Positions 9,130 through 17,257 of a DNA stretch of 64,000 nucleotides are shown one piece after another. The DNA is from a phage. The stretch's first letter is position 1. Every line of letters starts with the position of its first letter. The stretch lies in sequence record MZ956763.1; one strand, written 5' to 3'. The notes under the pieces were generated by a model that worked only from the letters and a program-made list of their open reading frames with translations, ran no database searches and was not told where the DNA came from. A program made the translations under genes and the position numbers.

Positions 9130-9678
9130 ATGAAGAAATTGATTCTAGGATTGTGCTTAATGTTTACAGCACATTTATCTTATGCAGTTGACTGCCCAGA
9201 GCTATCAATTAGCCAAAAAGTTAACATGTTAAAAGCTTACCAGTATGGTGAGAACAACATGGGGAAAGGCTGGGGTATTACTCTAGCAGCTATAGCCTTA
9301 CAAGAGTCAGAGTTAGGTCTGAAGGTAGAGAATAAAAAGACACATGATTATGGTATTTTCCAGAATCACTTGAAGACTGTTGTAAAGCGTAACAAAATTA
9401 GTCCTAATGTGGCTAAAAAGAAACTCTTAAAAGACTTTGACTATGCTGCGAAGGAAACCCACAAAGAGCTTGAGTTTTGGACTAAGGTGCATGGTCACCC
9501 GAAGTCAAAGAAGACTTTACAAAAAGTTTTAGCATCATATAATGCTGGGTATTCGTACAGAATCCCTAAAGCTAAGAAATATTCTCAAGATGTCTATAAC
9601 AACATGAAAGTTATTGCTCAATGTGAATTTGCAACAAACATTTCTAAGGTAAACCATGAAAAAATTAAGAAAGTTTGA
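9130..9678 (+). CDS. secreted soluble lytic transglycosylase (SLT)-domain protein
   Basis: signal peptide MKKLILGLCLMFTAHLSYA; ...QESELGL...YGIFQ and AYNAG-like (SYNAGY) motifs typical of SLT family. Confidence 0.5.
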   Translation: MKKLILGLCLMFTAHLSYAVDCPELSISQKVNMLKAYQYGENNMGKGWGITLAAIALQESELGLKVENKKTHDYGIFQNHLKTVVKRNKISPNVAKKKLLKDFDYAAKETHKELEFWTKVHGHPKSKKTLQKVLASYNAGYSYRIPKAKKYSQDVYNNMKVIAQCEFATNISKVNHEKIKKV

Positions 9679-10351
9679 CGAAGTGCTGTGTCATGCTTAT
9701 GACTTACATCCCCATGAATTAGGTATTGATTCTGACATATGGACTCCAGAGCAGTGTAGAGACTTTGAAGATACTGCAAGAGAGGTTGTATGCTCACTTG
9801 AAGAGTTCCACACACCGGAGCCAATTGTGAATGTTATCGATAAAGAGACTGGGAAAGCCATAGGTGTAAGACGTGATAGTCTAGTCATAGTCAATAAAGA
9901 CCTTGTAGAGAAAGGAAATCTTATCCTAGCAGATATTGATGGTGTTCTAACATATTTTAATCACGAAGCTTACTCAGCAGAGTTGACTGATGGGTCATTT
10001 TCACAGTACACCAACTTACTTGATGCTGTAAGAGCAAAACCAACATATGTTTTCCACATCATTGATGCAATTGCAAATCATGCAGCCGTTGGGTTCTTGA
10101 CAGCAAGAGGTGAGACTCAGAGAATACCTACTGAGATGTTTTTAAGACACAATATAGAACATGATTACTTGCTTTTTATGCGTGGCTTTGGAACAAATTC
10201 TCTAAGTGCAGAAAGTTTAAAGGTTAGGATGATTCAGTCTTGCATTCTTCCTTATTTTAATATAGTATGTTTTATAGAAGATACAGAGAAGAATGTTCAG
10301 AAGGTAAACAGAATCCTTCCACACATCAAAACCATGTTAGTTAAACATTGA
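9656..10351 (+). CDS. hypothetical protein, possible HAD-like hydrolase
   Basis: 231 aa; LILADIDGVLTYF resembles HAD motif I (DxDG[TV]). Confidence 0.4.
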   Translation: MKKLRKFDEVLCHAYDLHPHELGIDSDIWTPEQCRDFEDTAREVVCSLEEFHTPEPIVNVIDKETGKAIGVRRDSLVIVNKDLVEKGNLILADIDGVLTYFNHEAYSAELTDGSFSQYTNLLDAVRAKPTYVFHIIDAIANHAAVGFLTARGETQRIPTEMFLRHNIEHDYLLFMRGFGTNSLSAESLKVRMIQSCILPYFNIVCFIEDTEKNVQKVNRILPHIKTMLVKH

Positions 10352-10361
10352 GAGAAAACTT

Positions 10362-10826
10362 ATGAACAATATCATTACGGTAGCACTGGACGTTACGGCA
10401 AACAAATCTGAAGTGGTTCGTAACATTATCAAGAACAACTTCGAGGGTAAAATCTTTCGTGCTGTCAACGTAAAAGCAGACGGTAACGTTCGAGAGTATC
10501 GTGCTCTTTTGAATGTTAAGAAACACGTAAAAGGTTCTGGCTCAACGACAGCACACAAAGAAAACCTGATGACTATCTATGATATGGGTATGGCTTCAGA
10601 ATTAGGTGCTGAAGGTATTGTTAAAGAAGGTGCTCCGTATCGCTCTTTCAATCTGGAAACTGCTCTCATGCTTTCCTTTACAAGTGGTTCTAAAACAACC
10701 ACTTATCTCTTTACTGATGCTGCAACGGTATCTGCTATTAAGGATAGCACTGTCAAAGCTGGCGTAGTTGCTGCTGCAAAAGCTTCTTCGATGGCTGCGA
10801 ATATCCTTGCTAAAGTCCTCGGTTAA
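10362..10826 (+). CDS. hypothetical protein
   Basis: ORF 154 aa followed by terminator. Confidence 0.5.
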   Translation: MNNIITVALDVTANKSEVVRNIIKNNFEGKIFRAVNVKADGNVREYRALLNVKKHVKGSGSTTAHKENLMTIYDMGMASELGAEGIVKEGAPYRSFNLETALMLSFTSGSKTTTYLFTDAATVSAIKDSTVKAGVVAAAKASSMAANILAKVLG

Positions 10827-10837
10827 GGTTAAGATAC

Positions 10838-10860
10838 AGGCTCCTTCGGGAGCCTTTTTC
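10838..10860 (+). terminator. intrinsic terminator
   Basis: AGGCTCC-TTCG-GGAGCCT + TTTTT. Confidence 0.7.
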
Positions 10861-10878
10861 ATTTCAGGAGATTGTTAA

Positions 10879-11226
10879 ATGACATTTAAAGAGTTCTGTC
10901 AAGCTACTTTCATAATTGTTTTCTTAGTTGGGGCAGGTGTCTGGGGAGGATACTCTTACAGAGACTACCAAGTTGCTGAAACTGAGCTAAACAATCAAAA
11001 GCTCATAAGTGTTGCTAAAGATGCTTATCAGGAAGGATTAGTCACACTGAGCACCAATTACAAAAATGATTTGAAAGATGTGCTTGCTAAGAATAAGCAT
11101 ACAAAAGAGGTACTAACATATGAAAAAACTAAGCCAGAGTTTTATAATGTTTGTGTTACTGATAACTATGTCAGGGTGTTCAACGAACAAAGTGAACAGT
11201 ACATTCAAAAACTCCCAAGTAAGTGA
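10879..11226 (+). CDS. membrane protein, possible i-spanin (Rz-like)
   Basis: N-terminal TM helix FIIVFLVGAGVWGGY then charged helical region; overlaps downstream lipoprotein gene. Confidence 0.35.
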   Translation: MTFKEFCQATFIIVFLVGAGVWGGYSYRDYQVAETELNNQKLISVAKDAYQEGLVTLSTNYKNDLKDVLAKNKHTKEVLTYEKTKPEFYNVCVTDNYVRVFNEQSEQYIQKLPSK

Positions 11227-11389
11227 GAGTGATAAGTACACTCAAGAAGAGACAAGATTCATTGTCAAAGGTAATACTGGCAGTGATGTGGCAGCAGCCC
11301 TTGAGTTTTATCGTGATGGTTTTTACCAGTGCACAATAAAAGCTAATAACCTTATTGATATGATTTTATTAGGAAACAAACAGCAATGA
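11120..11389 (+). CDS. lipoprotein, possible o-spanin (Rz1-like) or surface-exclusion lipoprotein
   Basis: lipobox LITMSGC after signal peptide; overlaps 3' end of 10879..11226 in another frame. Confidence 0.35.
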   Translation: MKKLSQSFIMFVLLITMSGCSTNKVNSTFKNSQVSESDKYTQEETRFIVKGNTGSDVAAALEFYRDGFYQCTIKANNLIDMILLGNKQQ

Positions 11390-11655
11390 CAGATAATGAA
11401 GACACTTTCTATGTAGAAGGGTACTTACTGCTACCACGACCAAAAGAAACTTATATGCGGTTTGATTTCTCACCAACCATTATGGATAATGTGATGTGTC
11501 ATATCTTTATGCAAGGTGTCACAGCACAGCTTAAGCATGTTGGTAAAGAGTGCAAAATAAAGGTTGACACTCATCCAGAAATCAAAGAGAATCACTACAC
11601 GTGGTTCTTACCAGACTCTAAAGAAATCTTAGCAGTTCTTAAAACGAGGAAGTAA
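11386..11655 (+). CDS. hypothetical protein
   Basis: ORF 89 aa. Confidence 0.45.
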   Translation: MTDNEDTFYVEGYLLLPRPKETYMRFDFSPTIMDNVMCHIFMQGVTAQLKHVGKECKIKVDTHPEIKENHYTWFLPDSKEILAVLKTRK

Positions 11656-11657
11656 CT

Positions 11658-11984
11658 ATGCAGATTAATGGAAGAGACTTTGTAGCCGTTTACTACGAGA
11701 AAGATAAAGAAGTTGGCGTAGCACAAGTATCTTATGGCAATGGTAAGTGGCTATATGGAACAATTGCAGTAGTCGGAACAAGGAGCGATACAAAAACTTT
11801 CAAAGATTGTGTTGACCTTCTTGAAGAATCCATACAGAATCATTGGTGTCTGATATGGATGACTGATAACGAAGTGATGGAGCGTTTCAAAAAGATTGAT
11901 ATCAACATTGACAGTATTGAGCATGTTGATTTATATGAGCTAACTGAGAAGGTAAACTATGAAAGTAATACTAGCCAGAGATAA
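11658..11984 (+). CDS. hypothetical protein
   Basis: ORF 108 aa. Confidence 0.45.
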   Translation: MQINGRDFVAVYYEKDKEVGVAQVSYGNGKWLYGTIAVVGTRSDTKTFKDCVDLLEESIQNHWCLIWMTDNEVMERFKKIDINIDSIEHVDLYELTEKVNYESNTSQR

Positions 11985-12186
11985 AAAGACACGAAAGCTT
12001 ATCAGGTCAGCAGTGTTCATTGGACGAAACGAGGTCATCCCATTTACAGCAAATGATGTGATAGCTTACAGGGAGAACTTAGTATTCACTGACTGCTTAC
12101 GTGGCTTCATCTCTGAACCATTGGAAGATTTTAAAAGTCGTTGTGGTAAAGGTATCATCATTCAAGAGGCAATTATTCATGGCTGA
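11959..12186 (+). CDS. hypothetical protein
   Basis: ORF 75 aa. Confidence 0.35.
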   Translation: MKVILARDKKTRKLIRSAVFIGRNEVIPFTANDVIAYRENLVFTDCLRGFISEPLEDFKSRCGKGIIIQEAIIHG

Positions 12187-12379
12187 TTTCTGCAAGAAGT
12201 GTGCAATAGAACATTTTGGTGTTGATACAGGGGACTTGAAAGGTCTCTTCACCAAAGAAGAGTTTGAATCTGGTTCAGCTATGCCAGTTATCTGTGAAGG
12301 TTGTGGTGCAGGTTATGTAGACCATGAGGGTAACCGTGTAAAACCATCCGAAGACATGCAACGTTGGGAGTATTATTAG
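12179..12379 (+). CDS. small Cys-rich (zinc-ribbon-like) protein
   Basis: start at internal ATG (MADFCKKCAIEHFG...CEGCGAGY); CxxC...CxxC. Confidence 0.4.
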   Translation: MADFCKKCAIEHFGVDTGDLKGLFTKEEFESGSAMPVICEGCGAGYVDHEGNRVKPSEDMQRWEYY

Positions 12380-12380
12380 T

Positions 12381-13166
12381 ATGGGTATTGTAAAAATTAT
12401 TAACGGTGATATCTTTTCAGCATTTGATAAAGGTAAGTTTGACATCATCGGTCAGGGTTGCAACTGTATGAATTTAATGGGTGCAGGTATCGCTGACAAG
12501 ATTTCTAAACTTTACCCAAAAGCATATGAGACCGATACAGAAGTTTATCTATATGCAGGTGGCATTCGTCACAAACCCTGTGAAAATTTACTGGGTAATT
12601 TCTCTGTAGCACGTTTAAAACAAGGTCGTATAGCTAACCTTTACACCCAACTTCATACTGGTAAAGATGCCCGATACAGTGCTTTAGAGTCATCTTTGAA
12701 GCAACTTAACAGATACTGTGAAGTCAATCAGTTGAAGAAAGTTGGTCTGCCTATGATTGGTGCAGGTATCGGTGGACTTGACCCTCAAGCTGTCACAGTT
12801 ATCATTAATCAGGTGATGAAGGGTGTAGATGTATATCTGTATGTCTACGAGACAGAGATGTACAACGAGTTACACTCAGGTTGGAAGAACTACTGTGAAC
12901 CAGAATACTTTGCAGGTGTAGCAGTGTTCACAGATAACGCAGTTACCCTCTTCAGACGAAGAAAAGGTAAGATACATCAAAGTAACCCTCCGGTTGAAAA
13001 GATGTCTCTAAGTAACGCTCTAGTTACCCACCTGTCGAAGAGCAATCACAGGATTGCAGTAACATTTGGCAGTGATGCAGATGCTTACATCTATGCAAGA
13101 ACTGATGAGGATATCGAGACGATTTTCTCTTCACCAGAAGTTACCTTCTTAGACGCAAAGAACTAA
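12381..13166 (+). CDS. Macro-domain (ADP-ribose binding/processing) protein
   Basis: N-terminus IINGDIFSAFDKGKFDIIGQGCNCMNLMGAGIADKI matches macrodomain GDIT...DAIVNAAN..GGG pattern; second Gly-rich loop GLPMIGAGIGGLDP. Confidence 0.65.
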   Translation: MGIVKIINGDIFSAFDKGKFDIIGQGCNCMNLMGAGIADKISKLYPKAYETDTEVYLYAGGIRHKPCENLLGNFSVARLKQGRIANLYTQLHTGKDARYSALESSLKQLNRYCEVNQLKKVGLPMIGAGIGGLDPQAVTVIINQVMKGVDVYLYVYETEMYNELHSGWKNYCEPEYFAGVAVFTDNAVTLFRRRKGKIHQSNPPVEKMSLSNALVTHLSKSNHRIAVTFGSDADAYIYARTDEDIETIFSSPEVTFLDAKN

Positions 13167-13240
13167 GAAACTCTGTAAAATATTCACAATAGACTAAGCC
13201 TTTCTTATCTGGTAAATTTTTCAGGTAAGGAGGGCTTTTT

Positions 13241-13419
13241 TATTTCAGAATTGTGCAGGTAGAGTTCTGTAGAGAAATCTGTAGAGAAAATTTTGAACTC
13301 CAAAGGGAAAATTCATTTTCAAGTTGTGCAGGTAATCTCCAAAGAGCTTTTTCATTTTCAAAACGTGCAGAGAAAAATCAGGTCGGGCAAGAAAAATCAT
13401 TTTAGAATTGTGCAGGTAG
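13241..13419. repeat. four direct repeats of ~22 nt (cATTTTCArNTTGTGCAGGTA) in non-coding region
   Basis: copies at ~13241, 13311, 13351, 13393; plus tandem 12-mer TCTGTAGAGAAA x2 at 13266-13290. Confidence 0.7.
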
Positions 13420-13594
13420 GTGGGTGTAGGTGGGGATGTCGCCATTTCTCACAAGGCTACCACATCCGAAAAGAAAAGTCAACAGAAAAATTTGTAGCGG
13501 ATTGAAAAATAATTCTTGATTTGTGTTCTGTTTTGTGGTATTCGCGCGCACCCGTTTCATTACATTTTTGCCAAAAATATTTTTAAAATTTTTC

Positions 13595-13623
13595 TTGACT
13601 ATTCGAACGGGGTTATCTAGTAT
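13595..13623 (+). promoter_or_regulatory. sigma70-like promoter TTGACT-17-TAGTAT with downstream leader hairpin
   Basis: consensus-like hexamers; followed by CAACGGGGCGACAAGCCC hairpin and TAGGAG RBS. Confidence 0.5.
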
Positions 13624-13675
13624 TTGCATCAACGGGGCGACAAGCCCGATAGCCTTAAACTAGGAGAATCTAAAA

Positions 13676-13882
13676 ATGCTATACGGTCGTGAATTGATGG
13701 TTACAACTAACGTTAACACAAATGTAAAACGTTTTTACATGCAAATTTGTGGCGTATGGTCTAGAATATCAGAGGCTGACTATTGCAACTATGTAGAAAC
13801 GGCAATCAACTCTGATTGCTACCTTACAAGGAATACAAGAAAGCACATAAGACAGACAGCAGTTTACTACTACGATATCTAA
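13676..13882 (+). CDS. hypothetical protein (early)
   Basis: ORF 68 aa behind conserved RBS cassette. Confidence 0.4.
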   Translation: MLYGRELMVTTNVNTNVKRFYMQICGVWSRISEADYCNYVETAINSDCYLTRNTRKHIRQTAVYYYDI

Positions 13883-13884
13883 TA

Positions 13885-13970
13885 AAGTACTTTACAAGGG
13901 GCTTAAAAGTTGATATCTTAAGCCCCAGATAAAGAGCTTTATCAACAACCTTAAACTAGGAGATTCAAAA
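13885..13970 (+). repeat. reiterated intergenic module (hairpin GGGGCTTA..TAAGCCCC + CCTTAAACTAGGAGATTCAAAAATG)
   Basis: near-identical copies at 14352, 14700, 15767, 16562. Confidence 0.8.
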
Positions 13971-14351
13971 ATGGCATATCGTGCACCTAAATTCATCAAT
14001 AAAGACAATTTCCGCAATGCACTGGAAAAATCACTTGATGAGAATTTTACAGGTCGGGTTATTGTTGTACACGCATTCAATTTTAAGTATGATATTAACG
14101 GGAATAAAATCAACCATTACACGGCAACCATGTTAGATGGTGCGCTTTCAAGTGAAAAAGCCGTACTGAATGCACTTGCTGGACGTGGTAAAAACCTGAT
14201 AAAATGCAATAAGAGACGTTATCAGGGCGGCGCATATGGTTACGATGATGCTGTTTATCATCTTGAGAATATGGGCTATTCAGTGGAAAAAGCTGGAGCG
14301 CCGCAAATCATTGGTAGCGATGGTTATGTAACAATTTTCAAAATTAAATAA
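13971..14351 (+). CDS. hypothetical protein (early)
   Basis: ORF 126 aa. Confidence 0.5.
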   Translation: MAYRAPKFINKDNFRNALEKSLDENFTGRVIVVHAFNFKYDINGNKINHYTATMLDGALSSEKAVLNALAGRGKNLIKCNKRRYQGGAYGYDDAVYHLENMGYSVEKAGAPQIIGSDGYVTIFKIK

Positions 14352-14441
14352 TAAAGTACTTTACAGGGGGCTTATAGTTCGATAAAGTAAGCCCCAGATA
14401 AAGAGCTTTACCACTAAATCCTAAATTGGAGAATCTGAAAA
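14352..14441 (+). repeat. reiterated intergenic module (hairpin + RBS)
   Basis: GGGGGCTTATAGTTCGATAAAGTAAGCCCC hairpin, then conserved AGATAAAGAGCTTTACCACTAAATCCTAAA..GGAG. Confidence 0.8.
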
Positions 14442-14699
14442 ATGGCTATTATCAAAAACGTTGTAGTTCCTGCAAAAACTCGTGATGACGCTCGCGTTAT
14501 GGCTAAAAAGTTATGTGGGAGAGTGGTTGACAACGGGAAACAATCTGCTGTAAGATGGGGTGTAAAGGTTGATAAACATTTAACCTTAAAACGTAGTTCA
14601 AACAACCTTTTTAAAGGTGTAAAATCACTCGGTAAAGTGAACGTTTTTACCAAAAAAGGTTATAAAATGCACTTATCATTAACTGGCAATTTAATCTGA
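14442..14699 (+). CDS. hypothetical protein (early)
   Basis: ORF 85 aa. Confidence 0.45.
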   Translation: MAIIKNVVVPAKTRDDARVMAKKLCGRVVDNGKQSAVRWGVKVDKHLTLKRSSNNLFKGVKSLGKVNVFTKKGYKMHLSLTGNLI

Positions 14700-14787
14700 T
14701 AAAGTACTTTACAAGGGGCTTAAAAGTTGATATCTTAAGCCCCAGATAAAGAGCTTTACCACTAAATCCTAAACTGGAGATTCAAAA
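14700..14787 (+). repeat. reiterated intergenic module (hairpin + RBS)
   Basis: same module as 13885. Confidence 0.8.
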
Positions 14788-15084
14788 ATGAAATTATCAA
14801 ATAAAGTTAGGGAAAACCTTAGCAAATTACTCAATAAAATTGATTTTATCGAGACATCAAGAAATAGTCATGATGTTATGGAATGGTTACACGGCAAAAT
14901 AAAAGGCCGTCGTGTGGTGATTTGCTTATGGAATAGTTGCAGGGAGTATAAAAAACCTGTATTACAAGTTAATATATACGATAATACTTTTAAAAGCCCT
15001 GTAAAGTCTAAAAGCGATTTATTAGAATCTTATGAGATATCTGTAAATGGTAAAGTATCACGTAAAGAGGTAACACCATGCTAA
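14788..15084 (+). CDS. hypothetical protein (early)
   Basis: ORF 98 aa. Confidence 0.45.
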   Translation: MKLSNKVRENLSKLLNKIDFIETSRNSHDVMEWLHGKIKGRRVVICLWNSCREYKKPVLQVNIYDNTFKSPVKSKSDLLESYEISVNGKVSRKEVTPC

Positions 15085-15410
15085 TGACTGGCATCACCGC
15101 AATCATAGCCATTATAGCACTTTATAAGGCATATAAAGCCTATAATCTGGCAAGTAAGGCAATCACGCAGCAGGTTAGCAATAGCCTTGTAGAGAGCTTT
15201 CTAGGGCGCCTCAGTGATGAGCAAATAAAGCGGCTAGAGATGAGCTTCAGATATAAAGCGAAAACCTATCAGATAAGTGACATCTTCAAAGATGATTTTC
15301 AGCTTGTCGATGATTATAATGCTCTGATAAATGCTTTAAATATCAGTGACTTAAAAGACTACTACGCTGTAATTGTTCAAGAACTGAGCAAACGAAAACA
15401 AAATGCTTGA
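15078..15410 (+). CDS. hypothetical membrane protein (early)
   Basis: ORF 110 aa, N-terminal hydrophobic helix. Confidence 0.45.
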   Translation: MLMTGITAIIAIIALYKAYKAYNLASKAITQQVSNSLVESFLGRLSDEQIKRLEMSFRYKAKTYQISDIFKDDFQLVDDYNALINALNISDLKDYYAVIVQELSKRKQNA

Positions 15411-15434
15411 CACTGGTTTTTAGATAGATTAAAT
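15406..15434 (+). promoter_or_regulatory. sigma70-like promoter TTGACA-17-TAAATT
   Basis: followed by conserved leader CATCAACGGGGGGCGATAACCCC hairpin and RBS. Confidence 0.55.
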
Positions 15435-15494
15435 TACACATCAACGGGGGGCGATAACCCCACTACATAAAGCCCTTAAACTAGGAGATTCAAA

Positions 15495-15767
15495 ATGTAT
15501 ACTACTAACAACGGTCGCACCTTAAACGTAACCCTACGCCACTATGTAAACGGGGTGATGCACTTCGAGGATTTACGGGCTGAACAGCATATTTTGGATT
15601 GGCAACTTGCAGGACTCCAAAAAACTGCTACAGGATACGGGAAAAAGATTTCAACTAGTTGGAAAGTATACTACGAGGGACGTTTGCGCAGAATTTATCA
15701 AGATGTGTACAGTAATAGCGCATCAAGTTACATCATGGTAAAAGGTAAAAAACTGCATTTAGTATAA
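15495..15767 (+). CDS. hypothetical protein (early)
   Basis: ORF 90 aa. Confidence 0.45.
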   Translation: MYTTNNGRTLNVTLRHYVNGVMHFEDLRAEQHILDWQLAGLQKTATGYGKKISTSWKVYYEGRLRRIYQDVYSNSASSYIMVKGKKLHLV

Positions 15768-15852
15768 AGTACTTTACAAGGGGCTTATAGTTCGATAAAG
15801 TAAACCCCAGATAAAGAGCTTTACCACTAAATCCTAAATTGGAGATTCAAAA
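15767..15852 (+). repeat. reiterated intergenic module (hairpin + RBS)
   Basis: same module as 14352. Confidence 0.8.
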
Positions 15853-16257
15853 ATGGCTATTAATAACCGTGAATTATCAATCTTAAAAGCACGTTTGACC
15901 GTCAACCGGATTAATGTTATTACATCATCAGCCCCAGACGAAACACTGCAAAACATTATTGGGAAGATTCAAAGTGTTATCTTAGACGTTGAAAGCGTAA
16001 AAAACTCACTGGCTGACGTTGCAGCAGGTATCACGCTAGACGGTGCACAATATGAAATGACCGACATGTTAGGCAAATCTAAGGTAATTAATAGGGAGTT
16101 AGATTTGAAAATGTTTCGTTTTGCTGTTAAAGTGTGGCTATCTGTCGAGTATGACGCAAATTTTGCAATCGCTGACTTTTTTGCAACATGGTTGCAACGT
16201 AATTTAACAAATCACGATTTTCGTGATATCTGCGATGTAATTTACGCAGAACTATAA
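15853..16257 (+). CDS. hypothetical protein (early)
   Basis: ORF 134 aa. Confidence 0.5.
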   Translation: MAINNRELSILKARLTVNRINVITSSAPDETLQNIIGKIQSVILDVESVKNSLADVAAGITLDGAQYEMTDMLGKSKVINRELDLKMFRFAVKVWLSVEYDANFAIADFFATWLQRNLTNHDFRDICDVIYAEL

Positions 16258-16265
16258 AATTTCTC

Positions 16266-16294
16266 TTGATTTTGTTTTTTAAAGCAAGTAAATT
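16266..16294 (+). promoter_or_regulatory. sigma70-like promoter TTGATT-17-TAAATT
   Basis: followed by conserved leader ACTAATCAACGGGAGG... hairpin. Confidence 0.55.
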
Positions 16295-16357
16295 ACTAAT
16301 CAACGGGAGGTCATCACCTACCCACTACATAAAACCCTTAAACTAGGAGATTCTAAA

Positions 16358-16561
16358 ATGGCTATTATTAACGGTTTAAACATTGAGACTACTCACATCA
16401 AAGATATCAAAGTCGGTGATATAGTCCTTTTTCACGGCGTAGAAAAAACCGTCACGGCGAAAGATATCAAGGAGGATTCATTCATGGGCCGAACCCTCTT
16501 CGGTGATTCCTATTGCTTAGGTTACCTTGCAGTTTTAAAAGTTGTCAAAAATAATCGTTAA
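16358..16561 (+). CDS. hypothetical protein (early)
   Basis: ORF 67 aa. Confidence 0.4.
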   Translation: MAIINGLNIETTHIKDIKVGDIVLFHGVEKTVTAKDIKEDSFMGRTLFGDSYCLGYLAVLKVVKNNR

Positions 16562-16648
16562 AGTACTTTACAAGGGGCTTATAGTTCGATAAAGTAAGCC
16601 CCAGATAAAGAGCTTTACCACTCAATCCTTAAACTAGGAGATTCAAAA
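16562..16648 (+). repeat. reiterated intergenic module (hairpin + RBS)
   Basis: same module as 14352. Confidence 0.8.
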
Positions 16649-17191
16649 ATGAAATGCTTTCACGGTACTACTCAAGAAAACTTCATCAACCTGATTAATA
16701 ACGGTGATAAGCCATCAGGTGCATGGAATTGTTCGGATATGGACGGCAATTTTTACGTGTATCCAGAGAATAAAATCTATGGCGACGATGAGGAAGAGAT
16801 AACATCTGAAGGCATCCAGCAAGCGTTAGGCAATGCCACTATCACGGCAGCTTTCCAGATGAAAACCCAAAATATTGTTATCTTAGAACTTGATATCCCA
16901 GAGGATGACCTGAATGATGATTATTCTTGCGATAATATGTCTGGCGTAGCAAGTTTTACAGAATACTTCGATTTGAATTGGATTAAAAAGGTTTACGTAA
17001 CTGAGTTTAATGCGATGTTTTCGCCTTTTTGTCTTCCTTCATTGGATAACCCAAATTTAAACTATCTTGACGAGTCTCTGGAACTTCTTGCTAAAAGTGT
17101 TCAACAGTCGGACAGTATTCAGGTTTTTTGTGACATCATGGATACACTAACGGGAAACATCGCAGAAGAGGATTTAAAGAGCTTTTTTTAA
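16649..17191 (+). CDS. hypothetical protein with PARP/ART-like HG[ST]..N..I..G N-terminal motif
   Basis: MKCFHGTTQENFINLINNG resembles H-Y-E class ADP-ribosyltransferase motif (cf. PARP LLWHGSRTTNFAGILSQG); tentative. Confidence 0.4.
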   Translation: MKCFHGTTQENFINLINNGDKPSGAWNCSDMDGNFYVYPENKIYGDDEEEITSEGIQQALGNATITAAFQMKTQNIVILELDIPEDDLNDDYSCDNMSGVASFTEYFDLNWIKKVYVTEFNAMFSPFCLPSLDNPNLNYLDESLELLAKSVQQSDSIQVFCDIMDTLTGNIAEEDLKSFF

Positions 17192-17232
17192 AAACCTATG
17201 CAATCACCTTATAAACACTAATCAGCCCCTTA

Positions 17233-17253
17233 CAGGGGCTTTTAAGGGGCTTA
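17233..17253 (+). terminator. intrinsic terminator
   Basis: AGCCCCT-TAC-AGGGGCT + TTTT. Confidence 0.6.
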
Positions 17254-17257
17254 AATC

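Noticed and set aside
13245-13632. ORFs of 66-76 aa in the 13.2-13.6 kb region
   Set aside because: They run through direct repeats and promoter elements, overlap each other on both strands and lack RBS; region interpreted as regulatory.
13241-16648. CRISPR array
   Set aside because: Repeats are spaced by protein-coding genes or are irregular; no uniform repeat-spacer periodicity and no cas genes.
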